The notes under the pieces: model-generated
What the model saw: only the letters and a program-made list of their open reading frames with translations
The model's database searches: none
What the model was told of the DNA's origin: nothing
Made by a program: the position numbers and the translations under genes
Source of the DNA: Candidatus Dormibacteria bacterium
Lineage (GTDB): Bacteria > Chloroflexota > Dormibacteria > Aeolococcales > Aeolococcaceae
Length of the DNA stretch: 33,793 bases
Assembly: GCA_046263035.1 (NCBI GenBank)
Contig: JBHELP010000127.1
Coordinates: forward strand, 1-33,793
Direction: 5' to 3'
Part shown: positions 17,824-27,295 of the stretch, piece by piece
Layout of the letters: the number at the start of each line of letters is the position of its first letter
How positions within the stretch are numbered: position 1 is the first letter of the stretch

Positions 17824-20681
17824 CAGCCGTGAGTATGAACGCCAACCTCGACGGGTGCTGCGGATGGATTGCGGGGTGCGCCCTCCAGCCTGGCCACCGA
17901 GCAGCTCTCACCGAGACGCTGCTGCACATGCTCGGCGACCGAGGCGTCACTCGTGGTCATCACCACCTGGTGAGACTCGGAAAGGGCCGCGATGAAGTCC
18001 AGGGCATTCCCCGTGCGGCCGCTGTCAGCAGTCAGCAGAGGCTCATCGAGAAGGAGCGGAACGGCCTCCCCGCCGCCCGCGAGCAGCTCGCTGATGCCCA
18101 ACCTCAGTAGCAGCGACACCTGATCCCTGGTGCCCCTGGAAACCAGCTCGAGGGGAACGAGCTCGCACCGCTGGTTGCTGAAGAGTGAGACGGCGAAATG
18201 CTCCGTGTCGACGTTGACCCTTCGGTATCGACCGTCGGTGATGAGGCACAGACGCTGCGCCACCGATTGGGCGAGGCGTGGAGCCAGGTCACGGTGGACG
18301 TACCGGGCGGCCTGCTCGATGAGGGTGATAGCCCGTTCCAGGGCGGCCAGCTGGCTCAGGCCCCGTTCGCGAGCCGCTGCACATGAGGCCCGTTCGTCGG
18401 CAAGGGCCGCGACGTTGGGCAGGGAATCAATGGCACCACCCAGACGAGCCCGGAGCACGGCCGCCTCGCCGGCTGCCGACGCGGCCACCCTGCGGGCATG
18501 CGTGGCCTCCCTCTCCAGCACGTCCAGGCGGGCCCCCTGGAGCGGTACGGCAGCGGCGACAGCCGAGGCATCGACACCGCGCTCGCGCAATTCCTGGGTG
18601 AAACCCTCTGCCCGACGGCCCAGTGACTGCTCATCAGAGCCAATGGCCTCGATGCGGCGTCGCACCTCACTCAGACGGGTCCGTGCCTCGTCGTGACGCC
18701 TGCGCCCCTCGCAGCCGGCGCGGAATGCTGCCAGTGCTTCGCTGCTGCTCATGCCGTCGGGAAGACCGGCGCCGGTGAAGATCCGGCGCAGGCGCTCCTC
18801 GATCTCGTGCACATCTGCGGCCCGCCGAGTGGCCTCCTCCATGATCATGACGGTCGCCGACTCCTCGCGGGTGAGCACCTCATCCTCATGGTTCAGCTGA
18901 TCCCAGCAGAGGCGCCTCTCGACCGCCTCTCGCACGGCCGCCAGCGAGGCCCGAGCTCGGTTCGTGTACTCCTCCACACTTCTCGGCTCCCCGGCAGCCT
19001 GGTTCCATGGCGGAGCGTTGATTCCCAGCTTCTCGACGACCTCCGCGCATGCCAGGGAGAGCTCGGCGGCACGACCTCTGGCGGACTCGATGTCACATCG
19101 GTGGGCTTCCACGAGGATCTCCAGCCGTCGCAGTTCCTCCTGGAGCCGCTGCAGCATGGGCAGCCGGCTGGCGGCAATCTCCAAGCCCTGATCGCTGGCA
19201 TCCAGTCCCGGAAAACGGCGGCCGAGCTCCCGGCGGGCGCGCCTCCCATCAGCCCCGATCAACAGGGCGACGGCGCCGACGACGGCTGCGGCAGCGGTCC
19301 CAACGCTGATCGCGAGCGGGGCGGCCCCGCTATGACCACTCATCTGCACCGCCAGTCCCACGGCGAGCGTCAAGGCCATGACGAGAACGGCCGCGTAGAT
19401 CGAACGGCTACGTCGGCGTGGTGCCATCGCCCGCTGAAAAAGGTGGACGATGGAATCGGTCGAGGCTGCCGGCACGCTGCCGAGACCGGTGGCGGCGACC
19501 TGGCGCCGCAGCTGGTCGCAGCAGGCCTCCGCTCGCTTCATCTCGCCGACGCGGCGCGCGACTGATCCCTCGGCGGCCAAGGCCTTCTCCAGCGAGCGGG
19601 CCTCGTCGAGGGCGGGGGCATCGAGTGAGATGGGCGTCCCCAGCGCCTCGAGCAGGAGAGCCACCTCAGCCCGTCGGGTCCGAGTGCTGTGCAGCGTTGG
19701 GGCGGCGGCGTCGGCTCTGGACCGAGCCTCTCCGGCCACGGCCTCCGCCTGGTGGAGCTCACCCCCCAGAGCGATCACACGATCCTCGTCGTCGAGTGGG
19801 AAGTTGGCGTAGGGCCTAGTACTCTCCATCCTGCTCTCCAGCTCGGTCGACTCCCGGGTGGCCTCCGCCAGGTGGGAACGGTCTACGGCAATCTGGGCCA
19901 GCCTTCCCAGGAGCCAGGCGCGCTCACATTCCAGGCTGTGCTCCGCCGCCTGAGTGGAGGCGCTCTCCAGGTCCACCAGGCGCGCCTCGTCCGACGCAAT
20001 GGCGGCCTCACGCCGCCGGCTCGCCGCGATCTCCAAATCCAGCTGTCGCATCCGGGCGGTCGCCACACCCAGCGGGGTTGCGGAACGGCGCTCCGACCCT
20101 ATCCTCGCCATTGCTTCGCGAAGGCGGCCAACCGCGCCGGCGGCGGTGACCCCGCGTCCGGTATCGGCAAGCCTTTCCAGGGCCTCCTGAAGGCGCGCAG
20201 CCACCAGCCGCCGGCCGGGCGCGTCGGGGGAGGTGGCCAGGAGCCCGTCATCGCCAAGCCATGCCGTGGCGCAGAACACGGCTTCGTCAATGCCCAGGTG
20301 GACCTGACCGGGCGCCACCAAGCGACCGATCCGCATGTCGGCCGTGACATCACGACCTCCGATCTCCTGCACTTGAGCCGTCTGACCGCGTTGATCCAGC
20401 CGGCGGGCGACCCGGAACCGTGATCCGTCGTTCAGGGTATACGACAGCGCCACCCCGTAGGCGCCGGCGGTCCAGGGCATCCACCGATTCCATGGGCTCC
20501 GTTCAACGGCACGCCCCTGCCCTCCCGCGTCGAGCCCGTAGAGGGAGGCGCGAACCGCTCTATGGATGGTGGATTTCCCGGACTCGTTGCCGCCCACGAT
20601 GACCGTGAGACGCGGGGAGAAGTCGATCGCCATCCCGCGCAGCCGGCCGAAGCCGGCGATGTCCAGCCTCTCGAGCCTCAT
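17823..20681 (-). CDS. SMC/Rad50-like ATPase, YhaN (AAA_27) type
   Basis: MRLERLDIAGFG, Walker A GGNESGKST, long coiled coil with two central hydrophobic helices, signature VSRGTRDQ, Walker B LLLDEP. Confidence 0.87.
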   Translation of the reverse strand: MRLERLDIAGFGRLRGMAIDFSPRLTVIVGGNESGKSTIHRAVRASLYGLDAGGQGRAVERSPWNRWMPWTAGAYGVALSYTLNDGSRFRVARRLDQRGQTAQVQEIGGRDVTADMRIGRLVAPGQVHLGIDEAVFCATAWLGDDGLLATSPDAPGRRLVAARLQEALERLADTGRGVTAAGAVGRLREAMARIGSERRSATPLGVATARMRQLDLEIAASRRREAAIASDEARLVDLESASTQAAEHSLECERAWLLGRLAQIAVDRSHLAEATRESTELESRMESTRPYANFPLDDEDRVIALGGELHQAEAVAGEARSRADAAAPTLHSTRTRRAEVALLLEALGTPISLDAPALDEARSLEKALAAEGSVARRVGEMKRAEACCDQLRRQVAATGLGSVPAASTDSIVHLFQRAMAPRRRSRSIYAAVLVMALTLAVGLAVQMSGHSGAAPLAISVGTAAAAVVGAVALLIGADGRRARRELGRRFPGLDASDQGLEIAASRLPMLQRLQEELRRLEILVEAHRCDIESARGRAAELSLACAEVVEKLGINAPPWNQAAGEPRSVEEYTNRARASLAAVREAVERRLCWDQLNHEDEVLTREESATVMIMEEATRRAADVHEIEERLRRIFTGAGLPDGMSSSEALAAFRAGCEGRRRHDEARTRLSEVRRRIEAIGSDEQSLGRRAEGFTQELRERGVDASAVAAAVPLQGARLDVLEREATHARRVAASAAGEAAVLRARLGGAIDSLPNVAALADERASCAAARERGLSQLAALERAITLIEQAARYVHRDLAPRLAQSVAQRLCLITDGRYRRVNVDTEHFAVSLFSNQRCELVPLELVSRGTRDQVSLLLRLGISELLAGGGEAVPLLLDEPLLTADSGRTGNALDFIAALSESHQVVMTTSDASVAEHVQQRLGESCSVARLEGAPRNPSAAPVEVGVHTHG

Positions 20682-21832
20682 CGCAGGCCCACCTCGACGC
20701 CGCTGAGGGCCTGGAGCCCATACCGCAGGGCGTCCTCGAGAACGGCCGCTTCCGCGGCATCCCCCCGGGTCTCGGCGATGGCGGCCAGTGTGTTGCGCGC
20801 GAAGGAACCTCGCGCGGTGCGTTCGGCGGCGGTGGTGGCGACGTCGAGGTCGGTGCGCGTCATATCTCGGACTCGCACGGCGGCCATGGCGGTCGCGTCC
20901 CTCAGGGCGGACTCCAGGCTGTAGACATCTGGCGCCAGGCCGCAGGGGACCTCACCGCTGAGCTCCACTCCGGCGATGGTGCGTTCAGGGTCCATCCCGG
21001 CCGTCCCGGCCAGGGTCGCGGCGATGGCCCGGTCGGCCACCGCGGTGAGCCCGGTGGCACCGCCGAGGTCGCAGTCGATCCTCACCGCCGACCAGGTATT
21101 GAGGCTGAGCGTCTCGAAGTGGATCATCCCTCCAGGGGTGATCTCGACGATCACCGGACCTCGGCCACCACCGTCCTCATAGCTGAGGGGCTCGGGCGTC
21201 CCTGGGTACAGAAGGCCGGTACCCTCGTCGAGGCGACGGCGATGATAGTGACCGCTCAGCGCCGCCGTGAAGCCGCGCTCATGAATATGCTCGGCGCGGA
21301 ACGGCCCGTGCACGGACTTTCCCGCGGGCCGGGATCCCATCTCGGCTCCGTGAAAAAGAGCCAGATGGACACCGCCCGCGGATTGCGGTCCCGGCCCCGC
21401 CAGCGGATCGCCCTGCCAGGACGGCTGCTCATGCCCCAGCCCCCACAGCGTGAGTCCGTCATCCAACTCCAGGGGTGTCAGCGTCGGCGTTTGGAAGACC
21501 CGGACATTGGCGGGCCATTCGGTGCGGGCATACAGGGACTCGGGCAGCATGGGATCGTGATTCCCGGGCGCCAAGGCGACCAGAAGGGGTTGCCAGGCGG
21601 CGAACGTCTCGGCCAGAAAGTTGCCTGTATCCGCCCCAGCACGGTCGTGCTCATAGAGGTCACCCCCCACGGTGACGGCCCCACAGCCTCGTGCTCGGGC
21701 AACATCACCCGCCCTGCGCAGAGCATCACGCAATCCCTGGCGACGCCGTCGCGAGCCCTCGCCGTTGGAACCCATACCGGCGAAAGCCCTCTCGAGGTGC
21801 AGATCGGCGAGATGCAGGATTCGGTAGCTCAC
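20678..21832 (-). CDS. Mre11/SbcD-like metallophosphoesterase nuclease (YhaO type)
   Basis: GTG 21832; HLADLH, GGDLYE, PGNHD, FHG, GHYH, YPGTPE; ATGA overlap with the ATPase. Confidence 0.88.
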   Translation of the reverse strand: MSYRILHLADLHLERAFAGMGSNGEGSRRRRQGLRDALRRAGDVARARGCGAVTVGGDLYEHDRAGADTGNFLAETFAAWQPLLVALAPGNHDPMLPESLYARTEWPANVRVFQTPTLTPLELDDGLTLWGLGHEQPSWQGDPLAGPGPQSAGGVHLALFHGAEMGSRPAGKSVHGPFRAEHIHERGFTAALSGHYHRRRLDEGTGLLYPGTPEPLSYEDGGGRGPVIVEITPGGMIHFETLSLNTWSAVRIDCDLGGATGLTAVADRAIAATLAGTAGMDPERTIAGVELSGEVPCGLAPDVYSLESALRDATAMAAVRVRDMTRTDLDVATTAAERTARGSFARNTLAAIAETRGDAAEAAVLEDALRYGLQALSGVEVGLR

Positions 21833-22058
21833 GGCGGTGACATGTCTGGTAGGGTGGCCTCCGGCGAACGTCAGTTCGCCAGAGGCTATCACATGGCTGT
21901 GGTCCCCGCAAGATCGTGGCCGGGCTGTGTCGTGGTCCCAGCGATCCCGGTGCGGGCTTCCGTCGCCCGGGAAGGGGCCGGAGTCCCGTGGGCTGCCGTC
22001 GCGCGAGGCCGGGGCGCTCACGAACGTCGGACTAAAGGTTGTAGACTCGTACTATTCG

Positions 22059-22571
22059 ATGAACGAACATTTAGTGTCCCGTGCCCCGGGCAAACCTGCC
22101 TCAGCCTCGGCACCTGTCACTTCCGGGCGTGATGCAGGCCTCCGCTCGGATCAGGTGGACCGCTTCCTGGCCCTCATGCCGCGGTTGAGGCGTCGCTTCG
22201 AGGCGCACCTGCCGCCGGATGTCCGAGCCGAGCTGGCCACCGTGACGCCGCATCAGGTGGAGGCCCTGTGCCACCTGGTCCGCGAGGGGGGCGCGACGAT
22301 GCATGAGCTCGCGCGCTCCCAGGGATGCGGCATGAGCTCGGCGACCTCGCTTGCCGACCGCCTTCACCGCCAGAGCCTCGCCGAGCGAGCACCTGATCCC
22401 GGCGACCGCCGGGTGGTCCGACTGCTGCCCACTCCCCGGGCCGCCGCCCTCATCGACAGCTTCCAGGCCTCACGACGAGAGGCGGCCATCGATGCACTGG
22501 GCGCACTGAGCGACTCGGAGGTCGACCAGCTGATCACGCTGCTCGACATGGTGGCGGGAGAGCCCTCGTGA
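22059..22571 (+). CDS. MarR-family transcriptional regulator
   Basis: TPHQVEAL, TMHELA, SSATSLADRL, DPGDRRVV; start uncertain (ATG 22059 or GTG 22074). Confidence 0.88.
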   Translation: MNEHLVSRAPGKPASASAPVTSGRDAGLRSDQVDRFLALMPRLRRRFEAHLPPDVRAELATVTPHQVEALCHLVREGGATMHELARSQGCGMSSATSLADRLHRQSLAERAPDPGDRRVVRLLPTPRAAALIDSFQASRREAAIDALGALSDSEVDQLITLLDMVAGEPS

Positions 22572-24259
22572 GCGAGCTGATCACCGCCGAGACCGAGACC
22601 ACGGCGGTGGAGTCGCCACCCCAGGAACTGGCCGGAACGGCCCCGGCGCCACCACCCCGGATTGGGCGCTTCGAGTATCGATGGGTGGCGCTCGCGGTGG
22701 TTCTGAGCGGCACGATCATGACGATCCTGGACGCCACCATCGTCAACATCGCCGTACCCACGCTGCAGCATGACTTTCATGCCGGCTCCTACACGGACAT
22801 AGCCTGGGTGGTCACCGGCTACCTTCTCGCCCAGGGTGCGGTGATCCCGGCCACGGGATGGGCCACGGATAGATTCGGGACCAAGCGCCTCTACCTGATC
22901 ACCATGGTCCTCTTCACGCTCGCCTCGGCCGCCTGCGGCCTGGCCCAGACCCTGCCCGAGCTGATCTTCTTTCGCGTGCTTCAGGGAATCGGCGGCGGGA
23001 TGCTGATGCCCATCGGGATGACCATCATCCTCCAGGCTGTCGGACCGGGGAGCATGGGCAAGGTGATGGGCATCTTCGGTGTGCCAATGCTGATTGCACC
23101 GGCCCTGGGCCCGGTCCTCGGCGGCTGGTTCATTCAGGACTTCTCCTGGCGGCTCATCTTCTATGTGAACGTCCCCATCGGGATCATCGGCTTTCTGGCG
23201 GCCTCGCGATTCCTCATCGAGTCCGGGCGATCTCACAAGCTCCGGCTCGACTACATCGGGCTCCTGACAGCCACCCCCGCGGTTCTGGCCCTGATGTATG
23301 CGGTGGACCGGAGCAACGAGCTTGGCTGGGGCTCGCCCCTGGTCGTGGGCCTCATCGCCCTCAGCATCGTTCTCTCCGTCGCGTTCGTCCTCCGGCAGCG
23401 ACGGGCGGAGGAGCCGCTTCTCCACCTGGAGCTCTTCCGGGACAGCACCTTCTCCTGGGCGATGGTCCTCAGCTTCCTCATCGTCACATCGCTCTTCGGC
23501 GCCATGCTCCTGCTTCCCCTCTACCTTCAGCAGGTGCACGGTTACGATGCCATCACCACCGGTCTCCTGCTCCTGCCCCAGGGTGCGACGGCCGCCATAT
23601 CCATGCCGGTGGGCGGCTTCCTGACCGATCGCTATGGACCGAGACCGGTGGTCTCCACCGGTCTCGTGCTTCTGACCATCGCCGGCATCATGCTTGCCCA
23701 GATCCACACGGATTCCTCGATGACCTTCATCGTCGGGGCTCTGGCATTGCGCGGCTTCGCCATGGGCTTCGCCATGATGCCCACGATGTCGGCGGCTCTG
23801 GCACGCGTCCCACGACAGTTCACCTCCCGCGCCTCGAGCATCACCAACACTCTGCAACGGGTGGGCTCCTCCATCGGCATAGCCATCCTGGTCACGGTCC
23901 TCTCGGCTCAATTCTCGACGGCGGCGACCCAGACACCCTGCTCTCCATCCGAGGAGGTGCTCCGCAGCGCACCCGCATACGCGGCCTCAGGCACGCCGCG
24001 GGGAGAGGGCCCCGTATCCGCCGGGGCGCTCTGCGCCGCTCTGGAGAGGCGCATGGCCTCCCGGCCTGATCAGCGCTCTGCCGAGTCCTCCCAGTCCAGC
24101 GGTGACAGGACCTTCGACAGCTTCGCGGGTGAGCTGGGACGTTCGACCACGACGCGGTCCTTTGATCGTACCTTCGCCTTCATCGCCATCCTGTCGGCAC
24201 TTGGGCTGGTGCCTGCCTGGTTCCTCCGCAAACCGGAGAGGGCCGCCGCCTCCGGCTGA
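22568..24259 (+). CDS. DHA2 (EmrB/QacA) MFS efflux transporter
   Basis: LDATIVNIAVP, GWATDRFGTKR, RVLQGIGGG, GPVLGG, WRLIFYVNVPIG; GTGA overlap with marR. Confidence 0.93.
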   Translation: MSELITAETETTAVESPPQELAGTAPAPPPRIGRFEYRWVALAVVLSGTIMTILDATIVNIAVPTLQHDFHAGSYTDIAWVVTGYLLAQGAVIPATGWATDRFGTKRLYLITMVLFTLASAACGLAQTLPELIFFRVLQGIGGGMLMPIGMTIILQAVGPGSMGKVMGIFGVPMLIAPALGPVLGGWFIQDFSWRLIFYVNVPIGIIGFLAASRFLIESGRSHKLRLDYIGLLTATPAVLALMYAVDRSNELGWGSPLVVGLIALSIVLSVAFVLRQRRAEEPLLHLELFRDSTFSWAMVLSFLIVTSLFGAMLLLPLYLQQVHGYDAITTGLLLLPQGATAAISMPVGGFLTDRYGPRPVVSTGLVLLTIAGIMLAQIHTDSSMTFIVGALALRGFAMGFAMMPTMSAALARVPRQFTSRASSITNTLQRVGSSIGIAILVTVLSAQFSTAATQTPCSPSEEVLRSAPAYAASGTPRGEGPVSAGALCAALERRMASRPDQRSAESSQSSGDRTFDSFAGELGRSTTTRSFDRTFAFIAILSALGLVPAWFLRKPERAAASG

Positions 24260-24416
24260 CCCCTGACCGGCGATCTGGCCCCGGCGTTCGTTGTGCTCAG
24301 CCTCCCGGGCAACCGGTTGTCGGTGAAGGGGGCAGGAGCCCATCCGTGATCCAGCCTTCGCCTTGCCGGTCTCCCGGGCAATAGTGGGAGCGGGATCCGT
24401 CGGATGCTCCGGTGGC

Positions 24417-25238
24417 TCAGCCTCCCGCCAGCCGGTAGCGGGTCTGGCGCCGGAAGACCAGCTCGTCCACGGGGATTCCAGTGATCTCCCGCAGGTGGCG
24501 CCCAATTGCGCCCCCCAGGGCGCTGACCACCACGCTCGGATATTCATGCGCGCCGGGTGCAGGCTCGGGGATGAGCTCATCGACCAGCCCCAGCTGGTGA
24601 GCGGTTTCGACACCGGGCTTCAGCGCCGCGGCGGCACGGGGCCGCTGACTGGTGTCGTGATAGAGGATCGCCGCACAGGTCTCCGGGGGGGCCACGGTGT
24701 AGATGGCATTCTCCAGGGCCAGAATACGATCGGCGACCGCTAGCGCGAGGGCACCGCCGGAGCCACCCTCGCTGAGCACCACACTGACGATGGGCACACG
24801 GAGCTCGAGCATGGTTATCAGTGAATCGGCGATCGCCCAGGCCTGGCCGCGCTCCTCGGCGGCCACCCCCGCATGGGCCGCCGGCGTGTCGACCAGGCAC
24901 ACCACCGGCATCCCGAACTTCTCGGCCTGGAGCATCAGCCGCTTCGCCTTTCGAAAGCCCTCAGGGTGGGCCATGCCGAAATTGTGGAGGGCCCGTCCCA
25001 TGGCATCACTGCCCTTCTCCTGACCGATCACCATGACCCATCGCTCCCCGATCCGGGCGGGTCCGCCGAGCACTGCCCGGTCGTCGCCGAACAGCCGATC
25101 TCCGTGCAGCTCCGTCCATTCCGAGAAGGCTCCGGCAATGACCTGCCGGGAGCGGGGCCGATCCGGATGGCGGGCCAGCTCCACATGGAGCATGGCTGCC
25201 CGCTCACGATCGGCGGTGCTCGTTGCCGGTGCGGTCAT
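24417..25238 (-). CDS. accA: Acetyl-CoA carboxylase carboxyltransferase alpha subunit
   Basis: ATG 25238 overlaps the accD stop; LARHPDRP, ELHGDRLFGDD, NFGMAHPEGFRKA, EGGSGGALA. Confidence 0.92.
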   Translation of the reverse strand: MTAPATSTADRERAAMLHVELARHPDRPRSRQVIAGAFSEWTELHGDRLFGDDRAVLGGPARIGERWVMVIGQEKGSDAMGRALHNFGMAHPEGFRKAKRLMLQAEKFGMPVVCLVDTPAAHAGVAAEERGQAWAIADSLITMLELRVPIVSVVLSEGGSGGALALAVADRILALENAIYTVAPPETCAAILYHDTSQRPRAAAALKPGVETAHQLGLVDELIPEPAPGAHEYPSVVVSALGGAIGRHLREITGIPVDELVFRRQTRYRLAGG

Positions 25239-26095
25239 GAGGCCGAGCGCCCGGAGATGAAGGCGCCGAGCAGGCGGGTGAGAAGCTCTCGAAGGCCGGA
25301 GCGCTGCACCACCACGTCGATCATCCCATGGCCGAGGAGGAACTCCGAGGTTTGAAATCCCTCCGGCAGCCGGTCCTGGGTGGCAAGCTCGATGACCCTG
25401 CCGCCCGCGAATCCAATGCGCGCTCTGGGCTCGGCCACGATCACATCCGCCTGGACCGCGAAGGAGGCGGTGACGCCCCCGAAGCAGGGATCGGCGAGGA
25501 CACTGATGTAGGGAAGTCCGGCACGGCCGACGGCACTGACGCCCACCGAGCACCGGGCCATCTGCGCCAGCGAGACGATTCCCTCCTGCATGCGTGCGCC
25601 TCCCGAGGTGCACACGGTGATCAGGGGCCGCCGGTCGGCCACGGCCATCTCACAGGCTCGGGCAAAGCTCTCGCCCGCCGCGCTGCCCAGGGAGCCGCCG
25701 AGAAAGCCGAAGTCCATGCAGGCCAGCGCCACGGCCACACCACCGGTGGTGGCACGGGCGATGACGAACGCCTCCTCCAAACCGGTCTTCTCCCTGGCGC
25801 CGGCCACCCTCTCCGGATAGGGGATGCCATCGTTGAAGCCGAGCGGGTCTCGATCTGTCAGGTCGAGCCGGAGCACCTCGAGCGTGCCTGCATCGGCGAG
25901 CTGCCCGGCACGCATGATCGCGGGCAGGGCGGCGTGGTGGCCGCAGGACGGGCAGACACGAAGACTTCGATCGAAGCGCTCGCTGGCAATGCTTCGCGAG
26001 CATTGCTGACAGGTGATGGTCCCCGGGGGCGTCACCGGGCGCGGTCGCGGACCGGGCGGCGGAAGCTCGCGGACCGGTCGCCGCCGGCGGGCCAT
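25235..26095 (-). CDS. accD: Acetyl-CoA carboxylase carboxyltransferase beta subunit
   Basis: ATG 26095 overlaps the fabH stop; C4 zinc finger CQQC..CPSC, MDFGFLGGSLG, SGGARMQEG..SLAQM, GFAGGRVIE. Confidence 0.92.
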   Translation of the reverse strand: MARRRRPVRELPPPGPRPRPVTPPGTITCQQCSRSIASERFDRSLRVCPSCGHHAALPAIMRAGQLADAGTLEVLRLDLTDRDPLGFNDGIPYPERVAGAREKTGLEEAFVIARATTGGVAVALACMDFGFLGGSLGSAAGESFARACEMAVADRRPLITVCTSGGARMQEGIVSLAQMARCSVGVSAVGRAGLPYISVLADPCFGGVTASFAVQADVIVAEPRARIGFAGGRVIELATQDRLPEGFQTSEFLLGHGMIDVVVQRSGLRELLTRLLGAFISGRSAS

Positions 26096-27126
26096 CAGCT
26101 CGACGGAGCTGCCGTCCACTGCAGTGCCGCCCCGCCCCACGTCGTGCCGGCGCCGAAAGCCGCGCAGACGACCCGGGTCCCGGGCTTCAACCGCCCCTCG
26201 GCCTGGGCCTGGGCCAGGGCGATCGGTATGGAGGCGGCGCTGGTGTTGCCCACCGATTCCACGTTGACGACCACGCGGTCCATCGGGATGCCCACGCGTT
26301 TGGCCGCCGCCTCGATGATGCGGAGGTTTGCCTGGTGGGGGACGAAGACATCGACATCGTCCACGCTCCAGCCGGCATCGGAGCAGAGGCCCGCGGTCAT
26401 CTCGCACAGGCGTTCAACCGCCAGTCGGAAGGTGCCGCGACCGGTCATCCTGATGCCGTCTCCCGCCGCGTCGGGACTCTCCGACGGGCCGTAGAAGATG
26501 AGCTCGGCCTGGCCCCCGTCGGCACCCCAGCGGGTCGCCACCACACCGCCCTCGCCCGTCGCGCCAATCACCGTCGCGGCGGCCCCATCGCCAAAGAGGA
26601 CGCAGGTGGCACGGTCACGGTAGTCCACCAGCGAGGTGAGCGACTCGGCCGCCACCAGGAGAACGTGGCGGGCCGTGCCGGTCTCGACCAAGGATCGCGC
26701 CACGGTGAGTCCGTAGATGTAACCACTGCACACCGCGTTGATGTCGAACGCCGGGATGTTACCGGGGAGGCCCAGCCTCCGCTGGATCAGGCAGGCCGCG
26801 GCGGGCACGCTTGTGTCGGGAGTGCAGGTTGCGCAGATGATCGCGTCGATCACCGGGTCGCCCGCCTGCCGGAGCGCCACCCGCGCAGCCGCGGCACCCA
26901 TCTCGGAGGTGGTCTCGCCGCTTCCGGCACGATGGCGTTGCCGTATTCCCGTACGCTCCATGATCCAGGTGTGGGACGTGTCGACCATGGCTTCCAGCTG
27001 GAGATTGGTGAGCACGCCCACCGGGAGGTGGCTGGCAACCGCCAGGACCGTCGCTCGGGGGCCGCCGCCGTCGAGGAGGGGACTCTGGGGGCGCTTCTCG
27101 AGGCGTGTCGAGGACGTGGTGGGCAT
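26095..27126 (-). CDS. fabH: 3-oxoacyl-ACP synthase III
   Basis: DTSHTWIMERTGIR, AVCSG, LFGDGA, PHQANLRII, GNTSAASIP (Cys-His-Asn triad). Confidence 0.95.
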   Translation of the reverse strand: MPTTSSTRLEKRPQSPLLDGGGPRATVLAVASHLPVGVLTNLQLEAMVDTSHTWIMERTGIRQRHRAGSGETTSEMGAAAARVALRQAGDPVIDAIICATCTPDTSVPAAACLIQRRLGLPGNIPAFDINAVCSGYIYGLTVARSLVETGTARHVLLVAAESLTSLVDYRDRATCVLFGDGAAATVIGATGEGGVVATRWGADGGQAELIFYGPSESPDAAGDGIRMTGRGTFRLAVERLCEMTAGLCSDAGWSVDDVDVFVPHQANLRIIEAAAKRVGIPMDRVVVNVESVGNTSAASIPIALAQAQAEGRLKPGTRVVCAAFGAGTTWGGAALQWTAAPSS

Positions 27127-27295
27127 CGCCCGATCCTAAGCGTTGGCGGCCGTGGCCGGTTACGACGGCCATCCGCACAACTTTCCTCACCATGAGGCAG
27201 GACGTGCACCATTCCCGGATGCCATGCATACTGTCCCTGGTGGCAGCTGCTCGGGCGAGTGAAACATTGCGGACCCCTCAGGCGTTGCTCCCTCG

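Noticed and set aside
21833-22021. N-terminal extensions given by the ORF track for the nuclease (also GT4, pgsA-like, accA, accD, subunit IV)
   Set aside because: Recognisable homology starts at downstream start codons, most of which overlap or abut the preceding stop; the extensions are low-complexity
27127-27295. rpmF or plsX expected upstream of fabH
   Set aside because: No L32-like ORF seen; the region is a divergent promoter gap
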